Under the pieces are notes generated by a model. It was not told the origin of the DNA. It did no database searches and saw only the letters and a list, made by a program, of their open reading frames with translations. The position numbers and the translations under genes are program-made. Shown here piece by piece: positions 59,593-64,000 of a DNA stretch of 64,000 bases (positions are counted from its first letter, which is position 1; every line of letters starts with the position of its first letter). Source of the DNA: Ranitomeya imitator (taxonomy: Eukaryota); the NCBI RefSeq assembly GCF_032444005.1, contig NC_091283.1:268150001-268214000 (forward strand). Direction: 5' to 3'.

Positions 59593-62500
59593 TGTTGTGA
59601 ATTCTGCTCTTGGGTTCCCTCCAGTGGTTGTAGGTGGGAATGCAGTTGTCTCTGACTCGCAGTCCTGGCCAGGTATATCGGATGATTACAATTCTGACTG
59701 GGATATTTAGGTGTGCAGGATCCTTTAGCCCTTGCCAGTTGTCAATGTTCCTTGTGAAGTGTTGGATCACTTTCTGGCTTCTCCTGCTTGCTGCCAAATT
59801 CAGCAAAGATAAGTGTTTGGTTTTTGTATCTGTGGCACACATGCAGTGTGCTTGTTTCAGTTTTATTCCTGCTCTGATTGTAGGATTCACTGGAGTTGCA
59901 GATTTACGCTCCTACATCTTTTAGTTAGATGTAGGAAGTTTTTTGTATATTCTGCTGTGGATGTTTTGAAGGGTTTTAATACTGACCGCACAGAACTCTG
60001 TCCTATCCTGTCCTATCTAGCTAGAGTGGCCTCCTGTGCTAAATCCTGTTTTTCTGCCTGTGTATGTTTTTTCCTCTCCGACTCACCGCCAATATTTGTG
60101 GGGGGCTGTCTATCCTTTGGGGATTTTCTCTGAGGCAAGATAGTATTCCAATTTCCATCTTTAGGGGTATTTAGTCCTCTGGCTGTGACGAGGTGTCTAG
60201 GTGTGTTAGGTACACTCCACGGCTACTTCTAGTTGCAGTGTTAAGTTCAGGATTGCGGTCAGTATAGTGGCCACCTTCTCCAGTGAAAGCTCTCATGCAG
60301 CTCCAAGGTCACCGGATCATAACAGTACAACTGGCCAACAATGAGTTAAATGCATCTCAGAAGAAGGGAAGGAAGCTCTTGAGCCATTTTTTTTTCTCCA
60401 GTCTGTTTTGTGTTCTCTTCCCTCTTAATATCTGGGTGGCTGAGGAGCCTGGTGCAAGCATGAATGTTCAGGAATTAGCTTCTCGTGTAGACCAGCTTGC
60501 TGCTAGGGTGCAAGGTATTTCTGATTATATTGTTCAGACTCCTGCTTTAGAACCGAAGATTCCTACTCCTGATTTGTTTTCTGGTGACAGGTCTAAATTT
60601 TTGAGTTTTAAAAACAACTGTAAACTGTTTTTTGACCTGAGACCTCGATCCTCTGGTGATTCCATTCAGCAGGTAAAAATCGTAATCTCCCTGCTGCGTG
60701 GCGACCCGCAGGATTGGGCGTTTTTCCTGGAATCTGGGAATCCGGCTTTGCTTAATATTGACTCCTTTTTTCAGGCTTTAGGACTATTATATGATGAACC
60801 TAATTCTGTGGATCAAGCTGAGAAGACCTTGTTGGCCCTGTCTCAGGGTCAAGAGGCGGCAGAATTGTATTGTCAGAAATTCAGAAAATGGTCTGTGTTG
60901 ACTAAATGGAATAATGATGCTTTGGCGGCAATTTTCAGAAGGGGGCTTTCTGAATCCGTTAAAGATGTTATGGTGGGGTTTCCCATGCCTTCCGGTCTGA
61001 GTGATTCTATGTCTCTGGCCATTCAGATTGACCAACGCCTGCGGGAGCGCAGAACTGTGCGCGCTGTGGCTTTATCCTCAGAGCAAATTTCTGAGCCTAT
61101 GCAATGTGATAGAATTCTGTCTAGAACGGAACGACAAGGTTTCAGACGTCAAAATAGGTTGTGTTATTATTGTGGCGACGCTTCTCATGTCATTTCTGTC
61201 TGCCCTAAGCGGACAAAGACGATCGCCAGTTCAATTACCATCAGTATTGTACAATCTAAATTTCTGTTATCTGTGTCCTTGATCTGCTCATTGTCATCAT
61301 TTTCTGTCATGGCGTTTGTGGATTCAAGCGCCGCCTTGAATTTAATGGATTTTGAGTTTGCCAAGCGTTGTGGTTTTCCCTTGCAGCCTTTGCAGAACCC
61401 TATTCCTTTAAGGGGCATTGATGCTACACCCTTGGCTAGAAATAAGCCCCAGTTTTGGACACAGGTGACCATGCGCATGGCGCCAGCCCATCAGGAAGAT
61501 TGTCGATTTCTGGTGTTGCATAACTTGCATGATGCTATCGTGCTGGGTTTTCCGTGGTTGCAGGTACATAATCCTGTGTTGGATTGGAAGTCCATGTCTG
61601 TGACTAGTTGGGGTTGTCAGGGGGTTCATAATGATGTTCCTTTGATGTCAATCTCCTCTTCTTCCTCTTCTGAAATTCCAGCGTTTTTGTCTGATTTTCA
61701 GGATGTATTCGATGAGCCCAAGTCCAGTTTTCTTCCACCGCACAGGGACTGCGATTGTGCTATTGACTTGATTCCAGGCTGTAAGTTTCCTAAGGGTCGA
61801 CTTTTTAATCTATCTGTGCCTGAACATACCGCCATGCGGAGCTATATTAAGGAGTCTTTGGAGAAAGGGCATATTCGGCCATCTTCTTCACCGTTGGGAG
61901 CGGGGTTCTTTTTTGTTGCTAAAAAAGATGGTTCCTTGAGACCCTGTATTGATTATCGCCTCTTGAATAAAATCACGGTCAAGTTTCAATACCCTTTACC
62001 TTTGCTTTCCGATTTGTTTGCTAGGATCAAGGGAGCTAGTTGGTTTACCAAGATTGACCTTCGAGGGGCATATAATCTTGTTCGTATTAAGCTGGGTGAT
62101 GAATGGAAAACTGCATTTAACACGCCCGAAGGCCATTTTGAATACCTTGTGATGCCATTCGGACTCTCTAATGCTCCATCTGTTTTTCAGTCCGTCATGC
62201 ATGATATCTTCCGGACTTATCTTGATAAATTCTTGATTGTATATTTGGACGATATTTTGATTTTTTCCGATGATTGGGAGTCTCATGTGCAACAGGTCAG
62301 GATGGTATTTCAGATCCTTCATGACAATGCCCTGTTTGTGAAAGGGTCTAAGTGTCTCTTTGGGGTGCAGAAAGTCTCTTTTTTGGGCTTCATTTTTTCT
62401 CCTTCGTCTATAGAGATGGATCCGGTTAAGGTTCAGGCCATTCATGATTGGATTCAGCCCACATCCGTGAAGAGCCTTCAGAAATTTTTGGGTTTTGCAA

Positions 62501-63503
62501 ATTTTTATCGCCGTTTCATTGCTAATTTTTCCAGCGTGGTTAAACCCTTGACCGATTTGACGAAGAAGCTGATGTGGCGAATTGGCCCTCTGCGGCTGTC
62601 TCTGCTTTTCAGGAGCTTAAACGTCGATTTACTTCTGCTCCAGTGTTGCGCCAACCGGATGTTTCTCTTCCGTTTCAGGTTCAGGTTGACGCTTCTGAGA
62701 TTGGGGCAGGGGCCGTTTTGTCTCAGAGGGATCCTGTTGGTTCCTTAATGAAACCGTGTGCCTTCTTTTCCCATAAGTTTTCGCCTGCTGAACGCAATTA
62801 TGATGTCGGCAATCGCGAGTTGTTGGCTATGAAGTGGGCGTTTGAGGAGTGGCAACATTGGCTTGAGGGAGCTAAGCACCGTATTGTGGTCTTGACCGAT
62901 CATAAGAATTTGATTTACCTCGATTCTGCTAAACGGCTGAATCCTAGACAGGCTCGATGGTCCTTGTTTTTTTCCCGTTTTGATTTCGTGGTCTCGTACC
63001 TTCCGGGTTCTAAGAATATTAAGGCTGATGCCCTCTCTAGGAGTTTTTTGCCTCATTCTCCTGAGGTCTTAGAGCCGGTCGGTATTCTGAAAGAGGGGGT
63101 GGTCCTTTCTGCCATTTCCCCTGATTTACGACGGGTTCTTCAGGAATTTCAGGCTGACAAACCTGACCGCTGTCCTGTGGGGAAATTGTTTGTTCCTGAC
63201 AGATGGACTAGTAGAGTGATTTCTGAGGTTCACTGTTCCGTGTTGGCCGGTCATCCTGGCATTTTTGGTACCAGAGAATTGGTTGGTAGGTCCTTTTGGT
63301 GGCCTTCATTGTCACGTGATGTGCGTTCTTTTGTGCAGTCCTGTGGGACTTGTGCGCGGGCCAAGCCTTGTTGTTCCCGTGCTAGTGGGTTGCTTTTGCC
63401 ATTGCCAGTCCCTGAGAGGCCCTGGATGCATATTTTGATGGATTTTATTTCTGATCTTCCGGTCTCCCAGAAGATGTCTGTTATCTGGGTTGTTTGTGAC
63501 CGG
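59593..63503 (+). mobile_element. Chromovirus/sushi-type Gypsy family A, unit-2 copy (complete 5' LTR 59593-60324, gag-PR-RT-RH-IN start)
   Basis: LTR TGTTGTG...CATAACA. Interrupted in the integrase by LTR D at 63504. Confidence 0.93.
60460..62748 (+). pseudogene. Family A gag-pol, single frame from ATG 60460 through RT; a 4-bp deletion near 62565 shifts RH-IN (62574-63503) into another frame
   Basis: PEG10/RTL-like gag (FSGDRSKFLSFKNNCKLFF), CCHC knuckle, DSSA protease site (DSGA in copy 1) and YLDD. AAGAAGCTGAT here versus AAGAAGGGCGCTGAT at 38191. Confidence 0.88.
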
Positions 63504-64000
63504 TGTTGTGAATTCTGTTGTCAAACTCCCTCCTGTGGTCATGAATGGTACTTCGGCTGGTTCTGTCCATGGGCTTCCTCTGATGGTTGTGAGTGGAGCT
63601 GCTGCTTCTGAGTTTCCTTCCACAGGTGACGAGGTTAATTCGTTAGCTGGCTGCTCTATTTAACTCCACTTAGATCATTGCTCCATGCCACCTGTCAATG
63701 TTCCAGTATTGGTCTAGTTCTCTCCTGGATCGTTCTTGTGACCTGTCTTCCCAGCAGAAGCTAAGTTCCTGCTTGTTTTTCTCTGGTTTGCTATTTTTCT
63801 GTCCAGCTTGCTATTTTGATTTTTGTCTTGCTTGCTGGAAGCTCTGGGACGCAGAGGGAGCGCCTCCGCACCGTGAGTCGGTGCGGAGGGTTTTTTTGCG
63901 CCCTCTGCGTGGTCTTTTTGTAGTTTTTTGTGCTGACCGCAAAGTTACCTTTCCTATCCTCTGTCTGTTCAGTAAGTCGGGCCTCACTTTGCTAAATCTA
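63504..64000 (+). mobile_element. LTR D (B/C-related family) inserted into the family A integrase; runs off the window
   Basis: TGTTGTGAATTCTGTTGTCAAACTCCCTCCTGTGG start, homologous to the B/C LTR. It breaks the VVCDR integrase reading. Confidence 0.88.

Larger units (their letters stand above)
38534..62902. repeat. Tandem segmental duplication, unit 2 (24.4 kb)
   Basis: It starts with the same sequence as 7051 (GAGGAGAGGAGAGGCTGCGGAGCCGGCCAATCAG), fused to Gypsy A RNase H ...GAACGATCA. In this unit element A continues past the equivalent point (62902). Confidence 0.9.

Overview
Vertebrate genomic DNA, most likely an anuran amphibian (inferred from the repeat families). The only host gene I can support is the first coding exon of GAS7 (minus strand, 6916->6737, 60 codons of the N-terminal SH3 domain, GT donor at 6736). 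Positions 1-6736 are therefore intron 1, filled with a decayed RTE LINE, nested MITEs and several minisatellites. From 7051, 135 bp upstream of the ATG, the rest of the window is a head-to-tail tandem duplication (unit 1 = 7051-38533, unit 2 = 38534-62902, roughly 1-4% divergent by eye). Each unit contains a polypurine GA satellite seeded with CCAAT boxes, an L2 LINE carrying a CR1 tail and a MITE, a 41-bp minisatellite, a Gmr1-type LTR element (INT-RT-RH order) and a chromovirus-type Gypsy element. The two units differ by copy-specific insertions whose empty sites are visible in the other unit: a 4.2-kb hAT-type element loaded with minisatellites and a 5.5-kb chromovirus in unit 1, and a 5.2-kb chromovirus in unit 2. 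The chromovirus families show Tf1/sushi-style self-priming complementarity that covaries between families. The hundreds of long Leu/Ser/Pro, Arg/Gly/Glu and Tyr/Thr/His ORFs are repeat artefacts. I found no RNA genes, CRISPR arrays or wholly new gene system. The novelty here is structural and regulatory. All identities were estimated by eye, not computed.
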